DNA of 58,981 nucleotides, taken from NCBI RefSeq assembly GCF_001194135.2, contig NC_068992.1:35673327-35732307 (forward strand), given 5' to 3'. This document shows positions 12,240 to 24,479 of this stretch, in pieces. The stretch is from Octopus bimaculoides (taxonomy: Eukaryota). Each line of letters opens with the position of its first letter. The stretch's first letter is position 1. Below the pieces are notes generated by a model, which was not told the DNA's origin, did not search any database, and saw only the letters and a list, made by a program, of their open reading frames with translations. Position numbers and translations under genes: made by a program.

Positions 12240-13640
12240 TTCTTGTTATTTATTTCTTACTCTTTCATGATAAAGGGTTCATTAGTTTGTTCATTTTTGA
12301 AGAATTGGGAGACATCCTCTAACAGTATTGAGAATGTTGTAGTTTCTTGGGTTGTTAGTAATGGTAAAGGGAATGTTTATGAGATCATTTCTATTTTTAT
12401 GTGTTTGTTTTCTTCTGAGCTCTGTATTTGAGATGTCTTTCGCTTTGAAAATAGCCGAGTCAATAAGTCTAGTAGGATATTTTTGTTTCTCTAGTAACAT
12501 CTTTTAATTCTTGTAACTTTTTATTCGTTAATGCTGCATCTATTACCATAGTGCACATTCGTTTTGCAATAGTAAAGGATATGTTTCTTTTTTTGTATGT
12601 AAGGGATGGGAGGAATGAAAATCCAAGTAATGGTGTGTGTCCGCGAGCTTACAGAAAAGATCTGTTTTAATGGTGTCATCTTCTTCATAGTTCCTTCGTG
12701 TGCTATTCTACAATAAATTGTATCAAGGTATGTAGATTATTTAAAAGTGAGTGAAAGATTATTAGGTCTTCTTGATTTTCATTCTCAAAAATATAAAACT
12801 GTTATCCAAATATCACTTCAAATTGTTCTTTAGGTAAATGGAGAATTATTGGTTAAATGTTTCTGGTAGTTGGGAATAGAGTTTGTCCTCTAAGAAACTC
12901 ATTATGTGGGTTGCATAGAGGCTACTTTTTCCGCATCATCGTTCCTTTCATTTGTAAAGAGGAATTATTGTCATGGAAGAAGAGATTGTTTTCAAGTATT
13001 AATTCCAATCCTTCTAAAATAAAATTTTTGGAGAAGTTTTCTTTGATATTTTTCTTTGGGTATTTTTCTTTGGGTATTTTGTCAACCAGAATTTCACAGC
13101 TTCAATTCCTACGTCATGTAGAATATTAGTGTATAAACTAGTTACATCAAGCCTAACGACAATTATCTGCTGATGTGCACTTTCTGGTATATAATTTAGA
13201 AAGCCCATATCATCCCGGACAATGTATGGCACCATTTTGCATAAGGGTTTAAAAAGGCTGCTTGGGCGTTGTGTACTTGATGTTGGTCCTGTTTTAAGTC
13301 TGTAGGTTTCCGATCTTCGACATACGCACTATTTTCCCCTTTTATGTTGTCTTGAATTTCTTTCGATTTATGGATTTTAGGTAGACCATAGAAGTTATTG
13401 GTCTTCACTTCGACGTTGGTTAAATAATTGACCTCATTCTCTGTTAGGCTATTTCGATATTTTGAAACGAGTGTTTATTTTCTTTATAGTATTTTATTTT
13501 CGTTTTTATTTAGCTTCTTGTAGAAGTGTTGGACATCTAGTTGTTCCAGAACCATGTCCCAGTAATGGATTTTCTCCCTAATTACGATTGCTCCTTGACA
13601 TTTATTAATGTCACTTTTGTTAATTATGTAATTGTTTGTA
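12240..13640 (-). mobile_element. Penelope-like element RT and linker, frameshifted
   Basis: FYGLPKIHKS, LDVTSLYTNI, KYPTRLIDSAI...IPFTITNNP motifs. Confidence 0.9.
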
Positions 13641-13989
13641 TTTGAACTTTAGATACATTAGACTTACATTTTTGTCTCTGTAATATTAGACTGTGCTGAT
13701 CGTCGTAGGGAGATTGCTTGTCTCAATTTAAGGGTGTTTTGAAGAGAGAGAGAGAGTGGGGTATTATAATTAAGTTGTGTCCGCGTGAAACACGTCCACG
13801 TATAATTTTGACACTGTCTATGGGGATATTTTACATGTTTCTACATAAATGTATATATCCATTATGAGTTTATTATATTTATATTAATATCAATGTTTAT
13901 GTTTAGAAACAGACTGAACACAGAATTAAAATGGTACATACTCTGGTGTTTGTTGATATATATATATATTTTTTCTATATATATATATT

Positions 13990-15480
13990 TCATTTCATCA
14001 TGTTGAACCGTTAATCCATACACATTTTTTCTCTTTTTCTGTTGGTACTGCAACTTTGAAATTATCTTTTACATCTAAGTTTAATTCTCTTCTATACGTC
14101 TGTGGCTCTTTAATGACAGAATATAGCTTTTTGTACCCTTCCTATTTATTTAGTAACTGTATCATCCAGCCACAATTATTTTGGATGCATGAATTAAGTT
14201 TATTTGTGATGGTCTTGTAGGATGATTCTAGCTGGATGAAGCCTCTACCGGTCTCTTTGTTAGTTTTCTTGCTTTGACATCCGTGGCACTGTGTTAGATC
14301 CCCTTCCATTCATTTATTCACACGTATATGTATGTTCCATTTGGTAACAGTGATGTCATTTAGCGTAATAGACGATGAGTTTTTCCCAATTTAAATGCTG
14401 CTTTGGTGCACTTATCTAAGCTAAAATTCATGTTCTTATTGTCACTGAAGCTTTTAAGAGGTATTAGTAATCCCTTCAGATCATTATTAATGTTTGCATA
14501 TAGCTTGAGGTCATCTATATAAAAGATGTATGATATGGTTCTATCAAAGATTTTGATCCATACTATGAATGGCTTAGTTCATATGACAGAGGTATGAATG
14601 CTAAGCAAAAAAAGTAATGGGAACAATGAGTTTCCTTGGAATATATGTCGTTTAGGTCTGATATATTTTCACCATAGATTTCTGTTATCAGCTCGTGTTT
14701 CAACTTTACTAATTTTGTAGTTTTCTGTTTTGATGCTTCTCAAAGCTGGTAATATTTTTCGTTCATATTTCGTTGAAGTATGCTCCTTTCGTATTCTTAA
14801 CATCATTTCCTTCGAAAACGTAAACTTTCATTTCAGTCTGAATATTATTTCCCTCCTAATGAATTATTGGACGCTTTGTTATTTCTTGTTAGACTTCTTC
14901 TTCTTCTTCTTTTTCTTCTTCTTCTTCTTCTTCTTCTTCTTCTTCTTCTTCTTCTTCTTCTTCTTCTTCTTCTTCTTCTTCTTCTTCTTCTTCTTCTTCT
15001 CCTCCTCCTCCCCCTCCGCCTTGGTGATTAGCTTCTGTAATAAGTTTCCCACGCTTATTGCCTTTCTGTCATTTTGCGACCATCTTCTACTAATCTTTGC
15101 AACAGTAGTTGAATAACGATGGGACCCATCCTGTTGCAAAGAAGGACGCTTGCTGAGCGAAACCTTGACTTGGGATACCGGTCTCTTATATGCACATGCA
15201 ATAATACTTTTTGTTTGATATTTTCCTCATAGAGAAGAATGTAGTGTTAGGTTGTCACAGCTGGTATTTTTATCGAGGCACTATGCCTCGGGTACTGCCT
15301 GTCAAAGCTAAAGAGATCCTTCCACCCCACTTTTGTTATAGACCTAGCCCCGAAAAGATGACCTCTGTCCTTTTTGGTCTCACGTACACATCATTATTGT
15401 TACTGTCTGGAGCCAGTATTACATTGACACTTATAACAACAATGAAGTCATGACGTTGTTCATAACCAACTTTGTCTTAT
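13990..15480 (-). mobile_element. R4/Dong-type LINE, third subfamily, internally deleted, with embedded (AAG)n (copy G)
   Basis: N-terminal region with ILPALRSI, then IFQGNSLFPLLF, FYIDDLKLYA, GRGFIQLESSYK. Confidence 0.8.
14894..15000 (+). repeat. (CTT)n microsatellite
   Basis: Direct reading. Confidence 0.95.
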
Positions 15481-15857
15481 GAGAGTCATACCTATATTAT
15501 TATGTCACTGTAAACTGCTTAAGCCTCACAAATCGTTTATTGATTGGTGCTGCTTACTTGAAATGAACAAGTAAATATAGTATTTTCTTTATTTCACTTT
15601 GTAAATCATATAGATCAACGCTTATAAGATTTTTTTTCATTCTACAGTTAACATTCATGAGTTTGGACAGTACGCGGTGGGGAAGGATGTTTGGATTTAT
15701 GGGTAACAAGCTGGATGTTTTGTGGAAACAAACACGAATAGAAACAAATACGAATAGAACAAATAGCATCAGTTAGTTGACTTTTCGTAATAATCGATTG
15801 TTGATATTAAAAAGATTTTGTCGCTTGTATACAAAAATATATATAAATACATTATGA

Positions 15858-15895
<38 letters not shown>

Positions 15896-16796
15896 ACCCA
15901 TTTTATATTACCGGTAGTAACCGTATAATCATTGATGCAGTGATGCATCTAGTGTTTATACAATATCTTTTTTTCACGCAAATAGAACATTTGTGCAACA
16001 TGAATCAAATTTAGAACCGTTTATATTGCAATCATTTTCAGTTCTCTATAAACTATACATACTGATTGTTAGCAATTTTGATTTATAACTTGTTATTTTA
16101 ATTCACATTATGTTCTGCACGAAACTTCTATAACAAGAAATCAGAAAGTCTTGATGCGGCCGTATTTAGTGGTACATTTTACCTTATTTCTTTCTTATTT
16201 TCGATTTTATTTTTCTTCTTTTGCATGTATCATTTTCTTTATCTAGAACCTATTTAACATTTCTCTTATTCGTGATTCGCAAATTACTACAAAACTTCTA
16301 CGCAAATACATACAAACAGTTTTACATGCACGTGTTACGCTATGTATCATGTACTGACGTACAAGAAAACTACAGTTGATGTTAATTGTTTGATCAAGGG
16401 TAAATATTGAATGGTATTTTATGTTAGATACGAAATTATATTGGCAAGCACGATGAAACGAAAGCAACTTGCACGCAATTTTAGAGAAGAAACCTATAAT
16501 CATTGTTATGTATATAATTGCTGACAATGTTTTTATCAACCTCCACACGATGATGATTTAAACGAATTATCACATGTTCAAAGAGTGAGTAGTATATTTC
16601 TAAAGCATAAAAAGTATTTACTAAACAATCCGGAAGAAATTAACGTTTCATGTCATGGTAACGCTACTGCTAATGATGACTCAACCTTATTACCTAAAGA
16701 TACAAATATTTTATTATTAGACAAATTGTCTTCATGCATGTCCCTGTTTTGTCCGGTCTGGTGACTAAATCTTTTCCATTTATCTCTAGCCCATTA

Positions 16797-16804
16797 CACA
16801 CACA

Positions 16805-16878
<74 letters not shown>
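16797..16878 (+). repeat. (CA)n microsatellite
   Basis: Direct reading. Confidence 0.95.
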
Positions 16879-16885
<7 letters not shown>

Positions 16886-16998
16886 AATGATTTTAATGAG
16901 GAAAGAAGTTGCACATTTCGTAAAACAGGCTCCATTTCATAATGCATACAAAGTTATAAAATTTTATGCTACAAATTCAGAATTCACTCTAGTAGAAA

Positions 16999-17082
16999 GC
17001 ACTGGGCTAATGGGCCGAGCAGTGGGGCTGAACCCAAGACTAAACGGTTGCGAAGCAAGTTTCATACCACACAGCCACGCAA
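16999..17082 (-). mobile_element. tRNA-derived CORE-type SINE head (family C)
   Basis: Reverse complement gcgtggctgtgtggt...gggttcagcccc matches 46205-46375. Confidence 0.7.
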
Positions 17083-17274
17083 TATACTTGTATGCGCGCG
17101 CGTGTGTATGTGTGTGTGCATGTGTACGTGTGTAATAATAACAAAATCGAAAATGGTGGTGGTACAGAGAGCTGGTTAGCCTCAAGTATAGACAAGGATT
17201 TTATAGATAACACAAAGCAAGTGATAATCGATCAATAAAGTTTATTAATCAATACAACCAATAATTAATCAATA

Positions 17275-17370
17275 CATATACCGATACATTGACCCATATA
17301 CCGATACATTGACCCATATACCGATATTCCAATACATTGACCCATATACCGATATTCCGATAAGATGACC
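17275..17370. repeat. Short minisatellite, 20-bp unit catataccgatacattgacc with variants
   Basis: Direct reading. Confidence 0.85.
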
Positions 17371-17885
17371 GCCACTATACAGCACCAGCATATAGCGACA
17401 AAGTTGCTGGTTATGCGATAATAAATCCGCGGGTGAAGGGAATAGAATAGGTAATTACGTAGTGCTTATGTTTCAAAAGCATCGCCGAACGCATATTACT
17501 TAACTTGAATGTGCTGCAGAGATTTTCAATCTTCCCTCTTTACGGGTACTTTTAAGTTTGTCGCTTACAAGTCCAGTGTTGTAATGCATTTGCCAAGAGA
17601 TACCAGGAAATTTTTGTACATTTCCACAGTCGAAGGGAGAGTGGAAGTAGGAATCGATGAAACAACTAACCACTTGCCTCATCTTCGAACAAACTCTAGG
17701 GAACTAAAAAGGGTAAACAACCAATCTGTTGTCTCCTCTACAAACAAACTCCAGGGAGGTAAAATGCTTATGGTTTTAAGGTCACTTCTTTATATATATG
17801 TAGTTGATGGGGTAGTTTTTGGAGAGTTCATTGGTATTTTATATCACCATACGTCCACAAGCTGGCAGAAACAGTACTGCAGATA

Positions 17886-18000
17886 ATCTTAGCGGTATTT
17901 TGTCCGTGTAAAATAAGTACTAGCTGATTACTGGGGTCTATGTAATCGATTTTCCACTCCCCGAAATTGCTGGCCTTGTGCCAACATCTGAACCCAATAT
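17886..18000 (+). mobile_element. SINE family S, deleted copy
   Basis: cttagcggtatttt...aagtactag...ctggggtc...ggccttgtgcc. Confidence 0.6.
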
Positions 18001-18112
18001 TATCATTATATTGTAATAAAACTGAAAAGAAGGCACCGAAGCGATAAGAGTATAAAAGATAAAAGATACCAGATGCAGTGATTATAATATGTGTGTGTGT
18101 TCGTGTGTGTAT

Positions 18113-18160
<48 letters not shown>

Positions 18161-19809
18161 ATGTGTGTGTGTGTGTGTAATTAGGTGGCATAAAAGGTAA
18201 AAAATACAAGTATAATGAAGTGATTTTTGTCCGAGAGAAAATTTGCTTCATAAGTATGTTGTGTAAAAACCAATATATATTGGAGTAGTGACCCATGAGA
18301 AAGTCGGGAGAGAGATTTCTCAGTGCACACTAGCGGAGGTCTCGTTCACACATATTCTATTAATTTTAATGTACTCCAAGGTCTGGTTATGTATTTTAGA
18401 TTTTATTTCTTTCCTTTATTGTCAATTTTTGATATGACATCCTACCAAACTATGCTGATTAAATATTCCTTCCTAAAATTCTATACACAATATTTCTTCC
18501 AATATTTCTTCTTAAAATTTACCTTACACTGACATGTACTTCAAAACATCCTCCTTCGATAATAGAACCTGGACATATACAATGAAAATATCAAGAAATA
18601 CTCTTCAAATACATCCTCTGTACTGCAGTACATCATACAATTTCTACCCACATTTTCACTGCCAATAGAAATCTTCACAGTGTATAGATGATGTTTATTT
18701 TAGCAAGAACACTTTGAAAATATAGGTGACAAAGTTACTCTCAGTTTGTCAATATTTAATCCTATTCTTTCATTATTTAGCAATAGTGCGATCCATATTC
18801 ATCCTGCATCCGAGTCGAAGTTGCAGATACGCGCTCATTGAAAACACAACTTCCGGTTGACTGATAATATTCACTCCAAAAATAGAAACGAATACTTATT
18901 TTTTCGCCTAATCTTCTGTCGGTTCGATAGTGGCTTCGGCCGCTAGGGAGCTATCGCCTATGTCTAATATGAGAGAGTCTGCAAAGTTTATATATATATC
19001 CGTTTTCTAATATCCCGTTTAGCAAAAGAATGGCGTAATCAGTTACCGCGTGAAATTAGATTTTTTATGGATACAATTTCATAAATATGTCAGGATGATT
19101 GTATTACGTGATTCTCATACTTTTGTTAATACTATTAACAAAGAAGTGAATTAACTTGAACATAAGAGTGAACCCATTTCAGACTGGACTCATAAAGAGC
19201 TTATTTCGCCACCCCCATCCCGTGAGCCTCTAATGTTTACTTCTCCTTGATAATATTACGTTTTTCTATAGATGTCCAAAAAAGTTTTTCCTGCTAAATT
19301 AAAGTATTCATTGTAATCCATTTACCGTTTAATGATTAGCCTTGCATGTTAAATACATATAATCGAACGGAAAACACTTCGACATTTAATAATCTGATAG
19401 CCGTGGTTGAGAACTTTTCACCGACAACAAATCCAGTTTAATCTGCTGAATTGTAGCTTAACAAAGAGAATAGGCAGTGATTCTGACATTTAATCCCCTG
19501 CAACTTCGACTAGAATATTTTTAATGTGCTTAAATATTTCCAGTTCATGAAGTACACAACATTTTGCGATTCTTTCCAGCATTCAAACAAGCCGTAGAAA
19601 TCGCTAAACGATAATTCTTTGTAGGGGACGAGATCAAGAATATTTAAACTTCAATATCAGGTTTAAAAGTTCTATTATATCTTCTGTATATATTGAATGA
19701 AGAGTTTAAGTTCACGCAATACTGAATCATGATGTAGAGTTCATGTAATAATTTAACCAGCGTATTCTAAATGAAACCAAACTTCTACTCGTTGAATCAT
19801 TAATATATA

Positions 19810-20266
<457 letters not shown>

Positions 20267-20427
20267 TTATATATAATTATTATTAAAACTATAATTAAGG
20301 GTATCTAAAAGATACCACCAAGCTAGAGATAACAGTCATAACTTAACTCTAAAATCACTTCATGTATTCATACAGCACCATAAGAAAAGAAAAATAGACA
20401 AATAAACTAGCGAAAAATTATTGGATA

Positions 20428-20485
20428 ATCCCAGACGCGGATTTCTGGCTCTGTATAAAAATATACTCTGCCTCATCAGTAGGAT
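20428..20485 (-). ncRNA. Type I hammerhead ribozyme motif
   Basis: auccua-CUGAUGA-ggc..guaua(uuuu)uauac..gcc-a-GAAA-uccgc-GUC-ugggau; 6-bp stem I. Confidence 0.7.
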
Positions 20486-20749
20486 ATACACATACATAAT
20501 TACAAATATGCATAAATATATATACAACATACGAATGCTTACATATACGCACGTATACTCACATATATATGTACGTATGTACACTACTGCTTTAATTGCC
20601 CGTCTAAACGCCACGTGCTATATGGTCAAAATACCATCACAGTGGTTTTTGTTCCCATGCTGGCCACTTGATATGATCGGTATATTAAATAACGATCTTA
20701 TCCTTATAACAATATATATATATATATATATGGCTGGGGCTTGGCTGCT

Positions 20750-20789
20750 CTGCATTGACAAGGTGCAACACCCTGAAACTAGTCTGCAG
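20750..20789 (+). ncRNA. Degenerate type I hammerhead motif
   Basis: cugca-uugacaa-ggug(caa)cacc-cu-GAAA-cuag-UC-ugcag; stems intact, 5' core mutated. Confidence 0.5.
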
Positions 20790-21021
20790 ATGCCAAACCA
20801 GCAGGAGGACACTGCTGACCTCCCCTGTTCGAAGGTTATAAAGGACACAGGTTTCGTGTGTCACATAGCTAGCTAGAGGCGATGGCTTCTTGGAGCTAAT
20901 TCACGGTAGCTTTCATCCTAATTTTGGGACTGCCATGTTGGCTTGGCGATAACTATTAATTTCCAGTACCGCTGCCGTAGTCTCCTTCAGAGAGACTTAG
21001 AAATATTAATATATATATATA

Positions 21022-21403
21022 TGATGTTGGCCTCCGTGTTGAGTGTAAGGCCGTATGGAGGATGAATGGAGACATAATGTCGCCATTACTACTGATCACT
21101 CCAAACACAATGATGCTGACTGGATGTTTCATTTTTATCTCTCTCAGCGTTGTTTTTTTCACTTCCAATGCAATTTTTATCACTCTGGGCGGGATTTTTT
21201 AGCACTTTCGGCGCGAATGCCAAGCAGTTCCGCAAGTCGTTTCCAAATTTCTAGCTGATTGAATTGAGTCATGATGCTGTTTTTCCGACGGATGGTCCCC
21301 AATTGACTTTATTATACTGTGTAGTCGACAAAGTCAAAACCAAACGATGAGCATGCGCGAAATTAATAATATAAAACGATGACAATTTACCCATAGCACC
21401 TTG
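21022..21403 (-). mobile_element. maT transposon 5' end plus central transposase fragment
   Basis: caaggtgctatgggtaaattgtc terminus next to TA; KHPVSIIVFGVISSNGDIMSPFI. Confidence 0.75.
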
Positions 21404-21478
21404 TATGTATAAATGAACTATGTGTAGACATGCATCTGTAAGTATGAGTGTGTCGGTATCTACTTGTGCTTGTATACA

Positions 21479-21552
<74 letters not shown>

Positions 21553-21909
21553 GTATTTATCAACTGCACAAGTAAATAAATAGACTTTTAACCAATTGGA
21601 CACATTAATATGATTCTTCTCAAATACTTTAGCAGAGCAAGATAATGAAAGAAATTAATGTTGTCGCTATTGCAGCTAAGAACAGACTACACTTCCAAGA
21701 ATCGTATGAAGCCCATTGGAGTCATAGTTTGTAAAAGATTGTGGTTAATGATTGTATTGTTCAATTATATGGAACCGCTTGAAACGGTCGTATTGTATCA
21801 TTTGATTTTATTGAGCTTACTTCGAGCTGAACACTTCGGATAATACCGGACTAACTTGGTGCTTGAACTGAATCTCAATTATTTCTTATATATGTATGTA
21901 TATATATAT

Positions 21910-22287
21910 ATAGTGAAGTATATTGCCACTTAAATGTGGCTGACCCCTAGGGGTGGATGTTACTGTTGCTTTTAGCCCCAGGAGGACATCTCCTCCAGCT
22001 GGCTTATCGACACACTTCTGTGTCCTGTCTATTTTTTGTTTTGCCAAGGGAAGTTATCCCTCTCATCGTGATCTGTAGCACGAACGGACTCGAGTTTCAG
22101 GGTTATTTCCCTTCGTCAGCGTCCGATAGCCACCGATCTACGATGAGAAAGCTAATTCCTGGCAAAACTTATATATCTTTTTCCAGTGAAATTATTCACT
22201 GATATCGAAAAAGTGAAAACAAGCAATGTTAATTCTCTAAACGAGGTATTAACAGTAACAATTAAGTGGCAATATACTTCACTTTAT
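21910..22287 (-). mobile_element. ORF-less hammerhead-bearing element with ~25-bp inverted ends (PLE pLTR-like)
   Basis: agtgaagtatattgccacttaa at ~21913 is inverted at 22262-22283; (TA)n on the left, gap on the right. Confidence 0.7.
22081..22125 (-). ncRNA. Canonical type I hammerhead ribozyme
   Basis: cggacg-CUGACGA-aggg(aaauaa)cccu-GAAA-cucgaG-UC-cguucg; all core nucleotides intact, 6-bp stem I, palindromic stem III acucgagu. Confidence 0.85.
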
Positions 22288-22809
22288 NNNNNNNNNNNNN
22301 NNNNNNNNNNNNNNNNNNNNNNNNNNNNNNNNNNNNNNNNNNNNNNNNNNNNNNNNNNNNNNNNNNNNNNNNNNNNNNNNNNNNNNNNNNNNNNNNNNNN
22401 NNNNNNNNNNNNNNNNNNNNNNNNNNNNNNNNNNNNNNNNNNNNNNNNNNNNNNNNNNNNNNNNNNNNNNNNNNNNNNNNNNNNNNNNNNNNNNNNNNNN
22501 NNNNNNNNNNNNNNNNNNNNNNNNNNNNNNNNNNNNNNNNNNNNNNNNNNNNNNNNNNNNNNNNNNNNNNNNNNNNNNNNNNNNNNNNNNNNNNNNNNNN
22601 NNNNNNNNNNNNNNNNNNNNNNNNNNNNNNNNNNNNNNNNNNNNNNNNNNNNNNNNNNNNNNNNNNNNNNNNNNNNNNNNNNNNNNNNNNNNNNNNNNNN
22701 NNNNNNNNNNNNNNNNNNNNNNNNNNNNNNNNNNNNNNNNNNNNNNNNNNNNNNNNNNNNNNNNNNNNNNNNNNNNNNNNNNNNNNNNNNNNNNNNNNNN
22801 NNNNNNNNN

Positions 22810-23356
22810 CAGTGTGCGATGAGTAAATTGTCTCCATTTTACATTTTTAATCTACATAAAATACCTGGAGGCGGTAATGCTACCCTGGGTCAAGAGGATG
22901 GCTGCTGGAAGACCCTATGTCTGACAACAGGACTCTGCACAATGTCACACAAGCAGCAGAATCCAGTCGTGGCTGTTAGACAATTTCTGCGACCACATCA
23001 TCCGTAACATCTGGCCAATTACTCTCCAGACTACATTCCCCTTGATTATTGTGGGTGGGGGCGCAGTTGAGCAAAAGGTCAACAAAACTCCTTGTAATAC
23101 CAAAGATGAACTTAAGGCAAGGATTATGAGAGCATTCACCAACTTAAACAAAGAAACCGTCCAGAAGAGTTTCAGGAGATTCCAAAGTCGTTTGGAGGCC
23201 CTCGTTGAAGCCAATGGCGATTTTATTGAATAAATTTACTCTTTAGTATTTCAAGATATTTCTATGTAATTTTGGTAAATATTTCTGTTAAAAGGAGATG
23301 TCAGTGTTATTTTCCTTTTTGCATAATTTAGACGGCAATATATTCGCCGCACCTTG
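22810..23356 (+). mobile_element. Internally deleted maT (DD37D) transposon with both termini
   Basis: QQDSAQCH...WP..SPD..PLDY with 37 residues between the Ds after correcting one frameshift; ...EANGDFIE stop; ends gccgcaccttg-TA. Confidence 0.85.
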
Positions 23357-23394
23357 TATATATGCACGTATTTCTATGCTAAGAAATGCTTTTC

Positions 23395-23570
23395 TTTTCT
23401 ATTCTAGGCACAAGACCCTTAATTTTGGAGGAGAGGGCCAGTCGATTAGATCGATCCCTTTACGCAACTGGTGCTTAATTTATCGATCCCGAAAGGATGA
23501 AAGGCAGAGTTGACCTCTGCAGAATTTGAACTCAGAACGTAAAGACAGACGAAATACCATTAAGCAATTT
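23395..23570 (-). mobile_element. SINE family S copy
   Basis: Reverse complement of 1853-2065. Confidence 0.85.
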
Positions 23571-24416
23571 TATGACATAGATACACTTAATACAATTTTA
23601 ATGAGTATGCATTAATATATCTAAATTTCGCTCGTCGAAAAAGAATTTGTATTATAATAATGGGAATAAGGAAGTGCCCTGTCCAGAATGTTGCATATGT
23701 TAAGCAAGTCGTTTCGATAATTCACGCAGTTTCGTAATTGTCAATATTGCATCCGTGATAAACTGCAGTTAGCAATATCTATCATTACGAAAGAATACTT
23801 ATGTCACTGTTGCAACCAGTGGTAATCTCTGTTAATAAGCTTCAAACTGTGACCGCTGATAATACAGACGTACCGTTTTCGCGCTAGATGGCCGGAATAC
23901 AGTGATAGGGAATACAAGTCTTGCTTGCTCAACAACTGGATTACTGTCTTACTCATGCTGAAGCACAAATCATTCGTATGATCGGTTGCTCTACAGAATC
24001 ACTGCCGCTACTAAGGTAACACACCTTTCACAGTAATGACTAATTAAGTAACTAGTGCCAACATCATGCCTGACTTGACACATGGGGCATCTAGTTCAAA
24101 CGATTACTGTTTCTTAATATACCAAACTGTGGACTATGGGCAAGTCTACTAAAATCGTATCTGCGCTACAACAAATTAATAAGAGCCACCACATGATCTG
24201 AGCTAATCAATGGAAACCTAATTATCAAGACGACATTTTATATTTCTTTTGAATTCTCTCCACTCTCACAAAACAACTGATAAGGTAGACGTGTCCTACG
24301 TTCACAAAACATTATGTTCTCATATGCATTTTACTGAAATTAAATATGTTCAGTGCTACGTTCTTTTATTTCACTCACTCAAACACAAATACACACGCGT
24401 TTATAATTACATATAT

Positions 24417-24417
<1 letters not shown>

Positions 24418-24475
<58 letters not shown>
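24418..24475 (+). repeat. (AAT)n microsatellite upstream of Dong copy E
   Basis: Direct reading. Confidence 0.95.
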
Positions 24476-24478
<3 letters not shown>

Positions 24479-24479
24479 G

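Noticed and set aside
17509-17886. 125-aa ORF
   Set aside because: No recognisable motif and the end overlaps a SINE; probably decayed repeat or chance.
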